Origin: an uncultured bacterium
GTDB lineage: Bacteria; JAGOEH01
Reading direction: 5' to 3'
Assembly: GCA_964632485.1 (NCBI GenBank)
Contig: CAZWDO010000019.1
Coordinates: forward strand, 1 to 64,000
DNA length: 64,000 nt
The notes beneath the pieces were generated by a model. The model worked only from the letters and a program-made list of their open reading frames with translations. It had not been told where the DNA came from and did no database searches. Every line of letters begins with the position of its first letter. Within the stretch, counting starts at the first letter, position 1. Shown here one piece after another: positions 11,418 through 20,954 of this stretch. Position numbers and translations under genes: made by a program.

Positions 11418-13876
11418 TGAGGGCTAAGGGAGACGCGGAAATCATGGCGGACGCGGGGGAGAGAGAAGAGAGAATCGCGGGCGAAGAAACACGGGCTGGA
11501 AGCCCATGCCACGGGGGGGGGTGGGTTTCGGTGCGGGAGTACGCGGAGCTGCGAGGTATCGGCGAACGCGCCGCGCGGATGCAAATCCAGCGGGGTCGGT
11601 TCGCGGCCTGCGATTTGCGGCAGGTAGCGGGGAATCGCGGCGGGAACAGCGGTTTTGTTTGGGAGATATGGACGGGTTTGAGCGGCGACGGGGGAAGAGA
11701 AGATAGAACCACGAAAACCACGGAAAGCACGAAAAGAGAAAAAGAAGATGGATTCCGGGTCAAGCCCGGAATGACAGAAAAAGAAAGAGCAGATGGACTG
11801 GCGGTCAAGCCCGGAATGACGGAGGGGGATGCGGAAGGAGACGATCCGCTCCATCAGCCGCCGGAGGTCGGGGCGTTGGGATATCCCGGCGGGGGAATCG
11901 CGGCGATCGCGGAAAGGCATCCGCGCCCGGGGACGGTGACGGGTGGGAAGAAAGATGGGCTGGAAGCGGAGGCGACGGCGGAGCGTTCGGGGCGGGAGAT
12001 TTTACTGGGCCCGGGGCAGCGCGTGGACGCCGGGGAGAACCGGAAGCGGCTGGCGGCGGCGGATTACCGGTATCTTGTCCGGATCCGGCACGAGCGGAAG
12101 GAGACGGCGCTGGCGGCGGTGTGCGGGCGGTATGGAATATCGAAAATGACGCTGAGGAGATATATGAAAGCTGAACTGAGCAACTTGAAGAATTCGCGGC
12201 GCGGCGGGGACGACCGAAACGTGATCCGGGTGAACGGGGTCCCGTTCCGGACGCAGTTGCCGAGCGCGGCGGTGGAATGGATCGTGTCGGAGAAGCTTCG
12301 GGACCCGCGGCAGACGGTTCGATTGATATACGACCGTTTGAGATCGCGGCTGGAGACGGGCGGTTTCGGGGGGAGAGAAGATAGAAGGGAGAAAACCACG
12401 GAAAGCACGAAAAGAGAAAGAGAAGATAGATTCCGGATCAAGTCCGGAATGACGGAGGGGGATGCGGAAGGGGGAAGACAGATGGGCTGGAAGCCCATGT
12501 CACGGGGCGGCGTTACGGCGGTACTGCATCTGCCGCGGGGGGATGAGTTTGCGCATTTTGAGCGGGCGCCTTCGGAACGGTCGGTGGAGCGGATCGTGGA
12601 GCAGATACCGGAGATGCTTATCGTGCGGGCTCTGGCGGGTCGCCGGGGTCTGGAAGCGAAAGCGGCGCCGTTTGTGTGCCGGAATTTGCTGGCGTACGAG
12701 GCACTTGAGCTGGTGGTGGGGGATCAGCACATTTTTGATTTTATCGTACAATTGGACGACGGGCGGTATATCCGGCCGGAGTCTTATATGTGGGTGGATA
12801 TGCGGAGCCGGATGTTTGTGGGGTTCGCGCCGTGTTTGTGGCATTACAACAGTTATGACGTGGCGAGTTCACTGATGCGGGTGTGCGCGAACTGGGGCTT
12901 GCCACAGGGGATTTATACCGATTGGGGGAAGAGCGAGACATCGAAGTACGTTGACGGGATATTAGAGCAGTTGACGGCGCATCAGACGACGGCGTACAGT
13001 TGGCGGGAGGTATCCGCGGCGACCGCGGAGATCACGCATGAGAAGGCGATCGTTCGGAATGCGAAGGCGAAGATCATCGAGGGGATGTTTGGAACAGTTG
13101 AGCGGTGGCTGTATGAGGAGTTGGGCGGAGTGGGATACTGCAAGCGGCAGTTGGACGGGCACGAAGACGAAGAGATGATCGCGGCGCTGAAGCGATCGAA
13201 GCGGCGCGGGGAGATATTGGGGTGGCGGGAGTTTTTTCAGGTAGTGATGCGAGTGCTGGACCGGTGGAACCGACATTTGATCGGGACGGATCGGATCGTC
13301 CCGGCGGAGGAGTTCGGGCGACGGCTGGCTCTGCTTGCGGCGGCGGGGACGCTGCGCCGTCTTGATGCGAGCGCGCTGCGGATGATATTTTTACCGGTGA
13401 AGCGGCTGAAGGTGCGCAACGGGATGGTGGGGTTGACGTTCGGACGGCAGGAAGTCGGATTGCGAGGGGGGGACTGCAAAGGCGCGCGGAAGTTGTTTCA
13501 AAGCGCGGCGCTGTCGCGGTACAGCGGGGAGTATGTGGATGTGCGGTGGAATCCGTACGACAGCAGCGAGGTGTATGTGTTTGATGTAGAAACGGGTGGA
13601 TTTTCGGGGATCGCGACGGCGTGGGAGCGGATCGATCCGCGGGATGGGGACGCGCTGGGGGAGAAGATGAGGACGAAGCGGGCGGTTGTGAGGGAATGGG
13701 AGCAGGTTTACCAGGAGTTTATAAAGGGGTCGGGCGCGGAGGATTTGTCAGGCTTGAGCGGTGTGAAGTTGGAATCGGCGGAGGCCATGGAGACGGCGCG
13801 TTTGGCGTCGGCGGATATGAAGCGGTCTGTTGCGGATGATCCGTTTTTGAAGCTGGTGATGGAGACGACGCTGTAA
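11417..13876 (+). CDS. Mu-like DDE transposase (MuA-like) with in-frame REP insertions
   Basis: N-terminal HTH WVSVREYAELRGIGERAAR; DDE triad VVGDQH / IYTDWG / KIIEGMF; Mu C-terminal motif VDVRWNPYDSSEVYVFD. Confidence 0.9.
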   Translation: MRAKGDAEIMADAGEREERIAGEETRAGSPCHGGGWVSVREYAELRGIGERAARMQIQRGRFAACDLRQVAGNRGGNSGFVWEIWTGLSGDGGREDRTTKTTESTKREKEDGFRVKPGMTEKERADGLAVKPGMTEGDAEGDDPLHQPPEVGALGYPGGGIAAIAERHPRPGTVTGGKKDGLEAEATAERSGREILLGPGQRVDAGENRKRLAAADYRYLVRIRHERKETALAAVCGRYGISKMTLRRYMKAELSNLKNSRRGGDDRNVIRVNGVPFRTQLPSAAVEWIVSEKLRDPRQTVRLIYDRLRSRLETGGFGGREDRREKTTESTKREREDRFRIKSGMTEGDAEGGRQMGWKPMSRGGVTAVLHLPRGDEFAHFERAPSERSVERIVEQIPEMLIVRALAGRRGLEAKAAPFVCRNLLAYEALELVVGDQHIFDFIVQLDDGRYIRPESYMWVDMRSRMFVGFAPCLWHYNSYDVASSLMRVCANWGLPQGIYTDWGKSETSKYVDGILEQLTAHQTTAYSWREVSAATAEITHEKAIVRNAKAKIIEGMFGTVERWLYEELGGVGYCKRQLDGHEDEEMIAALKRSKRRGEILGWREFFQVVMRVLDRWNRHLIGTDRIVPAEEFGRRLALLAAAGTLRRLDASALRMIFLPVKRLKVRNGMVGLTFGRQEVGLRGGDCKGARKLFQSAALSRYSGEYVDVRWNPYDSSEVYVFDVETGGFSGIATAWERIDPRDGDALGEKMRTKRAVVREWEQVYQEFIKGSGAEDLSGLSGVKLESAEAMETARLASADMKRSVADDPFLKLVMETTL

Positions 13877-13884
13877 AATGAGAA

Positions 13885-14137
13885 ATGAGAAGTCACATGG
13901 TTACCCATGGATTCCGGGTCAAGCACGGAATGACGAGGGATGGTTACCCATGGATTTCGGGTCAAGCCCGGAATGACGAGGGGCGGAGACGCGGAGATCG
14001 CGGAGTTGAAGAGAGCCGGCTGTACTTTGTACGTCCGCACGCCGGCTGGATGTGCGGCCGCGCAGGAATGGAAAAAAACCGAGAATCATGGGCAGTTCGC
14101 CCATGCCACGAAAGGAGACAAGAATGAGAAGTCATAT
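13885..14137 (+). repeat. REP cluster between the transposase and ATPase genes, flanked by ATGAGAAGTCAYAT direct repeats
   Basis: Two hairpin copies (13907, 13950) plus AGAGCCGGCTGTACTTTGTACGTCCGCAC and CCCATGCCAC units. Confidence 0.8.
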
Positions 14138-15152
14138 TGATTTTACATTAAAGAAAGCGAATGTGAGTTTGCGCGAGGCGGCGACGGCGATCGGGGTATC
14201 TTGCGGGAAGCTCAGCGAGGGACTTGGCGGCAAGTACGGTACAGAAAAGCAGCTTGAGTTGGAAGAGGCAGTGATGCTGCATTGCCAGGGGAAGATCAAA
14301 GTATCGGCATTCGGCGAGGAGAGCGGATTTTTGAGCGGGGGCCAGTCGGAGATGTTGCGGATACTTGAGAATTCATATACGAAGCGGCACATGAACGTTA
14401 TCGTATCGCAATCGGGCTGCGGGAAGACGTACACAGTGGAGCAGTTTTTGAAGCGACACGCGAACGATACGCTGTATATCCGGTGCAAGGAGACGATGAG
14501 CGTATTGGGAGTGATTGAGGAGATGAGCCGGAAGCTTGGACTCTCTTCGGGCGGGACGGCGACATCGCGATTGGGTCGGATATCGGATGCGTTACGGGAC
14601 CGCGGGTATCGTCTGGTTGTGGTTGACGAGGCGGATTTACTTTTATCGGATGATTCCTCGAGCGCGAAGAAGATCATTCGGAAGATCAGTCTTTTCCGAA
14701 ATCTGTACGAGGACGGGATCGGGGTGTGTCTGATCGGATTGAATGAGATGGCGCATACATTGAAACGGGCGCAGGAGACCTACTTCAATTCGCGGGTATA
14801 TTGGATGTTGGAGCCGCCGTTGCCGACGGATCGGGAGTTAGAATATTTCTGGACGGTTACGCTGGGCCAGGCATCGAAGGGGAAGTTGGTGGGACTTGCG
14901 CGGGAGAAGGGATTTTTTCGTTTTTTGCGGATGCAGGCGGAGAAGGCGCGCGAGTTGGCGGATCAGGTGAGCGCGGAAGGAGAGAGGAAGTCGCGTGTGA
15001 CGGTCGGGGCGACCCCATCCGCCGCGGCGTCGGCGGTGGGCGAGACAGCTGTACTGGAAGAGAGAGCCACGATGAGCGCGGATGGAGCCTTGATCACGGG
15101 CGTGGCAGAGGGAAGTAGAGAGAGAGGTCGCATCGAAAGGAGCGTTATATGA
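14124..15152 (+). CDS. MuB-like AAA+ transposition ATPase
   Basis: Walker A SQSGCGKT, Walker B VVVDEAD, N-terminal HTH; AAGGAG RBS. Confidence 0.88.
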   Translation: MRSHIDFTLKKANVSLREAATAIGVSCGKLSEGLGGKYGTEKQLELEEAVMLHCQGKIKVSAFGEESGFLSGGQSEMLRILENSYTKRHMNVIVSQSGCGKTYTVEQFLKRHANDTLYIRCKETMSVLGVIEEMSRKLGLSSGGTATSRLGRISDALRDRGYRLVVVDEADLLLSDDSSSAKKIIRKISLFRNLYEDGIGVCLIGLNEMAHTLKRAQETYFNSRVYWMLEPPLPTDRELEYFWTVTLGQASKGKLVGLAREKGFFRFLRMQAEKARELADQVSAEGERKSRVTVGATPSAAASAVGETAVLEERATMSADGALITGVAEGSRERGRIERSVI

Positions 15153-15256
15153 AGAAGAGAGCGGAAGTGATTGAATTTTTGTTAGCGGTATTATTGTCTG
15201 CGCTGATCTCTTCGGCGCTGGTGGGAATCGGGTATATTTTAGGGAACTGGCGGTGA
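15149..15256 (+). CDS. 35-aa single-TM protein
   Basis: AAGGAG RBS, ATGA overlap, MKKRAEVIEFLLAVLLSALISSALVGIGYILGNWR. Confidence 0.5.
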   Translation: MKKRAEVIEFLLAVLLSALISSALVGIGYILGNWR

Positions 15257-15259
15257 GGA

Positions 15260-15604
15260 ATGGAAAGGAGTAAGCTTGAATTACGCAACAGCGAGATTTA
15301 TGAACGGTTTTACGCGGGCGCGAGCGCGCCGGAATTGTCGGCAAGCTATGGCCTATCGCTCCCTCAGATACACAAAATTATCCGAACCGACCGGGAACGG
15401 CGGGCGCAGGAATTTATTCATCGGACGGGGTTGAATCAGGAGCTTATTGAGCGGATCCGTCGTCGGCTGGCGGCGGATCGTATGGGTTTTTCTCCGGAGG
15501 GACGAGCGACAGAGACGGCGGAAGAATCGGGAGATGGTCGTGAGCGGCGGCGAAAAATGGGGTTGAAAGCGAGACGCTATTTATTTCGAACGGGGCGACT
15601 TTAA
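15260..15604 (+). CDS. Mor/C-family transcription activator
   Basis: RNSEIYERFYAGASAPELSASYGLSLPQIHKII matches the Mor C-terminal HTH. Confidence 0.75.
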   Translation: MERSKLELRNSEIYERFYAGASAPELSASYGLSLPQIHKIIRTDRERRAQEFIHRTGLNQELIERIRRRLAADRMGFSPEGRATETAEESGDGRERRRKMGLKARRYLFRTGRL

Positions 15605-15722
15605 TCGCGCGATGGAGGAGAAGTCACGCGGGGAGCCGCGGAGAAAGTTGAAGAGAGCCGGCTCGATGTGCGGCCGCGCAGGAATGGAAAAAAAAATCGA
15701 AAGGAGAAAGGAGAAATGAGCT

Positions 15723-15848
15723 ATGGCACGGACGAAAGAGATCGTAAAAAGCAAATTAGGAAACTGGGAGGATGTGAATGAGGCTCTGCGGCGAGTCGCG
15801 GAAGAGAGAACAATAGAAAAAAAGGAGATGCGACATGGCATGGCGTAA
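15723..15848 (+). pseudogene. Truncated Gam-like N-terminus (41 aa)
   Basis: MARTKEIVKSKLGNWEDVNEALRRVAEE resembles Gam-family N-termini; has an RBS. Confidence 0.5.
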
Positions 15849-16758
15849 CGGCAACGGAGAGTTTCGGAATCGACTCGGAATCCTGTCGGAGGATGAGGTA
15901 CGGGCGATTGAGTCGGAGTTCGCGGCGGGTGTGAAGATCGAGCGGATCGCGTCCGGGCACGGGCTTCATCAGAAGGACGCGAGCGCGATTCACAATATTC
16001 TGTTGAAACCGGCCAAGGTTATCCTCGCGAGTTTGAAGGATATGGACGGCGCGGCGAAGCGCGGCGATATCCGGGAATATCAGAAGCCGGTTTTGGCCCG
16101 GTGCCCGGGCCTGGTTCGGTATATCCGGAACCAGGTTCCCCGGGAAGGGACTTCCGCGGCTGCGGAAGGCGCTGGGACGACGATATCGAAGCCGGTGACG
16201 GTGACGGTATGTTTTGACGGTGAAGATGTTCGGGTGACGATCCCGCGCGAGACGCTTCTGCAGTTGTCGAGCATGGAACGGGGCGCGGCGTCGGCGGCGG
16301 TGGAAAGAAGAGAAGATAGAAGGGAGGAAACCACAGAAAACACGGAAAAAGAAAGAGAATACGGGGAAGAGAAGATAGAACCACGAAATACACGAAATAC
16401 ACGAAATACACGAAAGGAAAGAACAGAAAGAGAGATAGAAGCAAGGGATGTCTCACCGGCTGAAATGATTCAGCCCGCGGGGGCGCCCGCATATCGCATG
16501 ACGACGGGGGCGGAGCGAGTGTTGCTGTTTCTGGCGGAGCGGGCTCGAAATCATCCGGGATGGCAGAGCTATACGCTGGCGGAGCTTTCGGAGCTCGTTG
16601 GACTTACGGAAAAACAGGCGCGGTATGCGCGGGAGAAACTGGAAGAGGCGGGCTTGATCGATTCGGTGTTGGCACCGACGCGGAAAAATGTGGCATATCT
16701 GGTAACGGAATCGGGCATGGAATTGGCCGGTTCGCTGAAAGAAAGGAACCAAGCATGA
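15835..16758 (+). CDS. DNA-binding protein with a C-terminal winged HTH and a repeat-derived linker
   Basis: TLAELSELVGLTEKQARYAREKLEEAGLI..YLVTESG; repeat insert at about 16305-16415. Confidence 0.7.
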   Translation: MAWRNGNGEFRNRLGILSEDEVRAIESEFAAGVKIERIASGHGLHQKDASAIHNILLKPAKVILASLKDMDGAAKRGDIREYQKPVLARCPGLVRYIRNQVPREGTSAAAEGAGTTISKPVTVTVCFDGEDVRVTIPRETLLQLSSMERGAASAAVERREDRREETTENTEKEREYGEEKIEPRNTRNTRNTRKERTEREIEARDVSPAEMIQPAGAPAYRMTTGAERVLLFLAERARNHPGWQSYTLAELSELVGLTEKQARYAREKLEEAGLIDSVLAPTRKNVAYLVTESGMELAGSLKERNQA

Positions 16759-17210
16759 CGACGGACCTGATTGAAAACTGGTCGGAGCTGGATATCAATC
16801 TGCAACGTCTGGCGATAATGGAGGCGCAGGCCGAGGAGCTGAAACGGCGGGCGAAAGCGTTGCGGCTGGAAGCGGAAGCGTTTGTCAAGCGGCACGCGAA
16901 CGAGATGCGGGCGGAGGAAGACGGGTCGATGACGCGTGAGACGGGGCATTTTTCCGTTTCGTATCATGTTCTCGAGGATGATTTGACCTGGTCGCGGAAA
17001 ATGACGAAAGAGAAGATCGCGCAATTGGCGGAGGAGCTGGGCATCGGCGGGATTGTGAAGAAGTATGACCCGGTTCTGGACAAGGACAACATAATCGGGA
17101 TGCTGCGTGAGGGCGCGCTTCCGATTGCGCTTGGAGAATGCGGATTTTCGATGAAGACGAAAGAGATCGTGGAATGGCTGGTCCGTCCGGAGGCGACGGC
17201 GGCGGAATGA
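16755..17210 (+). CDS. Gam-like host-nuclease inhibitor
   Basis: IENWSELDINLQRLA coiled coil, TRETGHFSVSY and PVLDKDNI motifs; Mu early-region position. Confidence 0.6.
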   Translation: MTTDLIENWSELDINLQRLAIMEAQAEELKRRAKALRLEAEAFVKRHANEMRAEEDGSMTRETGHFSVSYHVLEDDLTWSRKMTKEKIAQLAEELGIGGIVKKYDPVLDKDNIIGMLREGALPIALGECGFSMKTKEIVEWLVRPEATAAE

Positions 17211-17428
17211 TGTAGCGGATCGAACGCGGATAACCGGAGCTGTCGGGAAACGGCTCCGGAGATGCGGGTTTGGGCGTGGGAAGAGAAGATAGAACCACGA
17301 AAACCACGAAAGCACGAAAAGAGAAAAAGAAGATGGATTCCGGGTCAAGCCCGGAATGACGAGGGTTGATTACCCATGGATTCCGGGTCAAGCCCGGAAT
17401 GACGATGGACGGATTACAAGAGGAGATT

Positions 17429-17602
17429 ATGAAAAATAACTATTGCGACTTATCAGAAAAAGAAATTCTAAAATTGCCTGAAGATGTTCATGGATTATTG
17501 CTGTCCCCGTTTCATTTTAATTTAAAAGATGGGTATATACTTGTTCCAGAAGATACCTTTAAAAATATGATAGACGCAATAGTCAAGTATACAAAAAGTT
17601 AA
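17429..17602 (+). CDS. AT-rich 57-aa hypothetical protein
   Basis: GAGGAG RBS; abrupt low-GC island directly after two REP hairpins. Confidence 0.55.
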   Translation: MKNNYCDLSEKEILKLPEDVHGLLLSPFHFNLKDGYILVPEDTFKNMIDAIVKYTKS

Positions 17603-17650
17603 GCCGTCTGCACGGCAGCACGGCAGCACGTTAAATGAAAGGAGTTCGGT

Positions 17651-18199
17651 ATGAAAGAGAAGGCGAAGTCGGCGGCGATCACGCCCGGCCAGGTCAGTCA
17701 TATCTGGGCGCTGACGCGGAAGGAGCTGGGTTTCGACAGCGAATGGCTGTACGGGTTTTTGGAGACGAATTTCGGAGTGGAGCGACTGCATGAACTGGAC
17801 GCATCAACGGCGAACCGCGCGATAGACGCGCTGCGGCGTCTGTGCGGGAAGGAGAGATCGAGCTGGCGGATCACGGCGGCGCAGATCGGGGCGATCGGGC
17901 ATCGGTTAGCGGAGCTGCATATCACGGATTCGGGGGCTCGGAAGCTATGCGCGCGTGTGTCGCGGGGCCGGGTTGAGGAATGGCGGTGGCTGGGGTGGCA
18001 AGAGGCGCGGGGACTGATCGCGCTGCTGGAGAAGCTTCGGCAGGCGAACGCGGCGCGTTCAAGCGGTGGCCATGGCCTCAATGCAAGGGAGGAAAGCGGA
18101 GAGAAGATAAAACCACGAAACACACAGAAAGCACGAAAAGAGAAAGAGCATACGACGGAAAGAGGAAGCGAAGATAGAATGTCGGCGGGTGTCGGATGA
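17651..18199 (+). CDS. GemA (Mu gp16)-like regulatory protein
   Basis: ITPGQVSHIWAL..LGFDSEWLYGFL..LDASTANRAIDALRR..ITAAQIGAI..EARGLIALL. Confidence 0.75.
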   Translation: MKEKAKSAAITPGQVSHIWALTRKELGFDSEWLYGFLETNFGVERLHELDASTANRAIDALRRLCGKERSSWRITAAQIGAIGHRLAELHITDSGARKLCARVSRGRVEEWRWLGWQEARGLIALLEKLRQANAARSSGGHGLNAREESGEKIKPRNTQKARKEKEHTTERGSEDRMSAGVG

Positions 18200-18864
18200 C
18201 GGAACGGGATTTGAACGTTCGTCCGGATACGGGCTGGGACACGCATGTGAGAGACGATCACACCGCTCGGGAGAACATGGATTTTGTTTTATGGAAATGC
18301 GTCATGAATGCGTCGGGGATGCCGCGGGATATTCGGGAAGATGCTATGAAACTTTTATGCGAAAGATGGGCTGGAAGCCCATGCCACGGCCACGGGGCAC
18401 TTATGTCGTAACGAAAGGAGTCGATATTATGCGTTTGCTTTTTGTCAGGTGGTATGATGCGCATCGGTTTTTATTGCCGGTCGCGGCGACATTTGGTATG
18501 GTCCGTAATCCGCCGCAATTCAGGAACTGGACGTTGGCGCTGGTGATCGGGATAGAGGCGTTGAACTGGAGTTTGGCGCTGGTGATCGGGTTTGAGCGCG
18601 GTAGCGTTATCGGAGCAGACGGCGGAGAGGCAGGGGCGCATGAACAGAGATGAGCGAGCGGCCTGGGTTCGAATTTTGCGGCTGGCGATCGAGAAACGAA
18701 TTCTCTGGTGGCGGATGGAGATGCTGTACCGTAATGTACGGATTAATGTAAAACCTACTGATTTCGGGAAGAGGGAGTTGGAGCAGCTAAGCGATGTTAG
18801 GGTTGTGTTGACAAGGGATGGNNNNNNNNNNGCAGGAAAGGCAGCCGATGTCGGAAACGGATAA
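18196..18864 (+). CDS. Three small coupled hypothetical ORFs (18196-18411, 18429-18653, 18640-18864)
   Basis: RBSs or overlaps; the second has a duplicated NWxLALVIG; the third spans an N gap. Confidence 0.45.
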
Positions 18865-18927
18865 CAACCAGAGCGAGTGGGAAGCAAAGACGCGGCGCTG
18901 GATTTTAAAGGCAGAGGGGGTAGTGTG

Positions 18928-19200
18928 ATGGATTGCCCGCGCTGCGGAGGCAGAACAGAAGTCGTGAAGACCGAGCGAATCGGGAGCATTGTTGATCGGT
19001 TGCGGTGGTGCCCCGGGTGTCGGCATTATTTCAAGACGGAGGAGAGTGTGTATCACGAACCGGCGTGGACGGCGACGAAACGGGCGGCTGCGGCGCGACG
19101 GAGCGATCGGAATGAGGGTAGCGCTGCGCGAGGCGGTCGGCGCGGCGGCGAATCGTCTTTGTTTGACAGCGAGAGAGAGAGGGACATCCATGGGCAATGA
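18928..19200 (+). CDS. Zinc-ribbon protein (Ogr/Delta- or NrdR-N-like)
   Basis: MDCPRCGGRTEVVKT..RLRWCPGCRHYFKTEE. Confidence 0.7.
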   Translation: MDCPRCGGRTEVVKTERIGSIVDRLRWCPGCRHYFKTEESVYHEPAWTATKRAAAARRSDRNEGSAARGGRRGGESSLFDSERERDIHGQ

Positions 19201-19300
19201 GAAGCCGCGGAGAGCCGGCTGTACTTTGTACGTCCGCACGTTGCAGAGAAAGTTGAAGAGAGCCGGCTGGAAGCCGGCAGCGTACAGGAAAGGAGCAGGC

Positions 19301-20635
19301 ATGAATTACGGTAAGGTATTGAAGGCGCGAGTGGCGGCGGATCGGCTATTGGGTCCGGAAGCGCTGTCGATGCTACTTGCGGCGCGACTGGGAACGGAAA
19401 TAGCGGCTGGGGTGGAGACATTCATGACGACGGCGGTGGGCGAGATAGCGCGGGTCGATTTTTCGCGGGGGGTCCGTCGGCGATTGGACTGGTTTCGTCG
19501 GGCCTTGGGCGATGCGATGGAAAGCCGCGCAGGAGTGGCGGGCGCGTTGATTCGCGAGTATGCGCGCCGCGCGTACGCCCGCGGGAAAAGAGAAGGAGAA
19601 AAATTAAGAAAAAGCGAGGAACCCGGGGGTCTGCAGTTTGGTTTCAATACGAAGGATGAACGCGCGCTTGCGGCGCTTGAGCAGTATGCGCGGAAGTTTT
19701 TGAGCGCGTACTATTCCGGGTGGGGGGAATTCGGTTCGAGCGCGTCGGAGATATTGGCGGAGTTGTTGCAGCGATATTATGAAGAAGGCATGACGGATGA
19801 GGAACTGTCGGAGGAGTTGGGACGGAAGCTGGGCGACTATGCGCAGGAGATGCAGACGAAGATGAAGACGGCGGTAGGGCATTGGATATTCAAGCTGGCG
19901 CAGTACGGGAGCGTTGCGGGCTATGAAGCGTCCGGGATCGAATATGCGGAGGTAGTGGCGGTGATAGACTCCAAAACGACGGATATCTGTCGTCGGATGC
20001 ATGGTCGGATTATCCCGGTGGGGGCGATGCGGGCCCAGTTGGATTCGGCGCTTTCTGCCGGTGGGACGGGTGAAGGCCTGGAGCGGACGCATCGGATGTT
20101 TTCGCAGAAGGACTGGAAGGAGAAACTGTCCGGGCTGAGCTCGACCGCGGATTTGCTGCGCGCGGGGGCGATCATGCCGCCGTATCACTTCAACTGCCGG
20201 ACGCGGACGGTGGCGTATTTCGAGCCGGGCGGCTTCAAGGGCTACAGCCGCGCGAGGGGCGAACGAGCGAAAGAGGGGGGACTGACGGATCAGGAGATCA
20301 AAAACTTTTCCGATGAACTGGGGCGACGGGTGAAGGAACGGAAACTTTATTGGGAGCCGGGGCGGTTGGAATCGCACGCGCGTGATCATGCAAAAGAGTT
20401 CGGCCTGGAGAAAGGGGACGCGCAAGGGTATGAAAACAAACTTTATGAATTGCTGGAAAATGCTGGAACGCCATTGATGAATCTATACAAAGGACATGTT
20501 CAGTTTGCATTTCAACAAGGGAGATATATCATTGTTGTCGCTGAAGGTTATTTTTTTAAATCGGGATTCGAAAACTCAAAACAATTTTTTGAGAGAGAAT
20601 TACTCGGTAGGGGAATTTATATTTCTGAAAGGTGA
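19301..20635 (+). CDS. MuF/SPP1 gp7-family minor head protein with a C-terminal extension (putative toxin)
   Basis: AVIDSKTTDICRRMHG and MPPYHFNCRT, followed by about 135 extra aa containing LESHARDHAKEFG. Confidence 0.85.
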   Translation: MNYGKVLKARVAADRLLGPEALSMLLAARLGTEIAAGVETFMTTAVGEIARVDFSRGVRRRLDWFRRALGDAMESRAGVAGALIREYARRAYARGKREGEKLRKSEEPGGLQFGFNTKDERALAALEQYARKFLSAYYSGWGEFGSSASEILAELLQRYYEEGMTDEELSEELGRKLGDYAQEMQTKMKTAVGHWIFKLAQYGSVAGYEASGIEYAEVVAVIDSKTTDICRRMHGRIIPVGAMRAQLDSALSAGGTGEGLERTHRMFSQKDWKEKLSGLSSTADLLRAGAIMPPYHFNCRTRTVAYFEPGGFKGYSRARGERAKEGGLTDQEIKNFSDELGRRVKERKLYWEPGRLESHARDHAKEFGLEKGDAQGYENKLYELLENAGTPLMNLYKGHVQFAFQQGRYIIVVAEGYFFKSGFENSKQFFERELLGRGIYISER

Positions 20636-20640
20636 TATTT

Positions 20641-20946
20641 ATGTCAAAAATTTATGAAGATTTTGATGCGACGATAGATTGGGCTTATGACGGGATATAT
20701 GAAGATGTCATGGATATTGAAGTGGCAACAAAATTTGAACATTTAGACGACTGGGCGGATAAGGGCGCGGAGTATGAGCGGAAGATACGGGAGAGGTTGT
20801 ATGCGCATTATGTCGAATGCGCGGCGGAGCTGAAGAAGAACGATATCGAGAGTTTCAACGAGATACGGAAGAGTTTCGCGCGGCTGGAGGCGCGGATGAA
20901 GCGGGAGAAGAAGCCGGTTCGCTGGTATTGGCGGCTGTTCGAGTGA
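20641..20946 (+). CDS. Putative immunity protein for the MuF C-terminal domain
   Basis: Small ORF with an acidic N-terminus directly downstream of MuF. Confidence 0.5.
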   Translation: MSKIYEDFDATIDWAYDGIYEDVMDIEVATKFEHLDDWADKGAEYERKIRERLYAHYVECAAELKKNDIESFNEIRKSFARLEARMKREKKPVRWYWRLFE

Positions 20947-20954
20947 TTGTGGTA

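Noticed and set aside
17332-17640. Integron cassette
   Set aside because: The hairpins lack attC RYYYAAC/GTTRRRY ends and there is no integron integrase.
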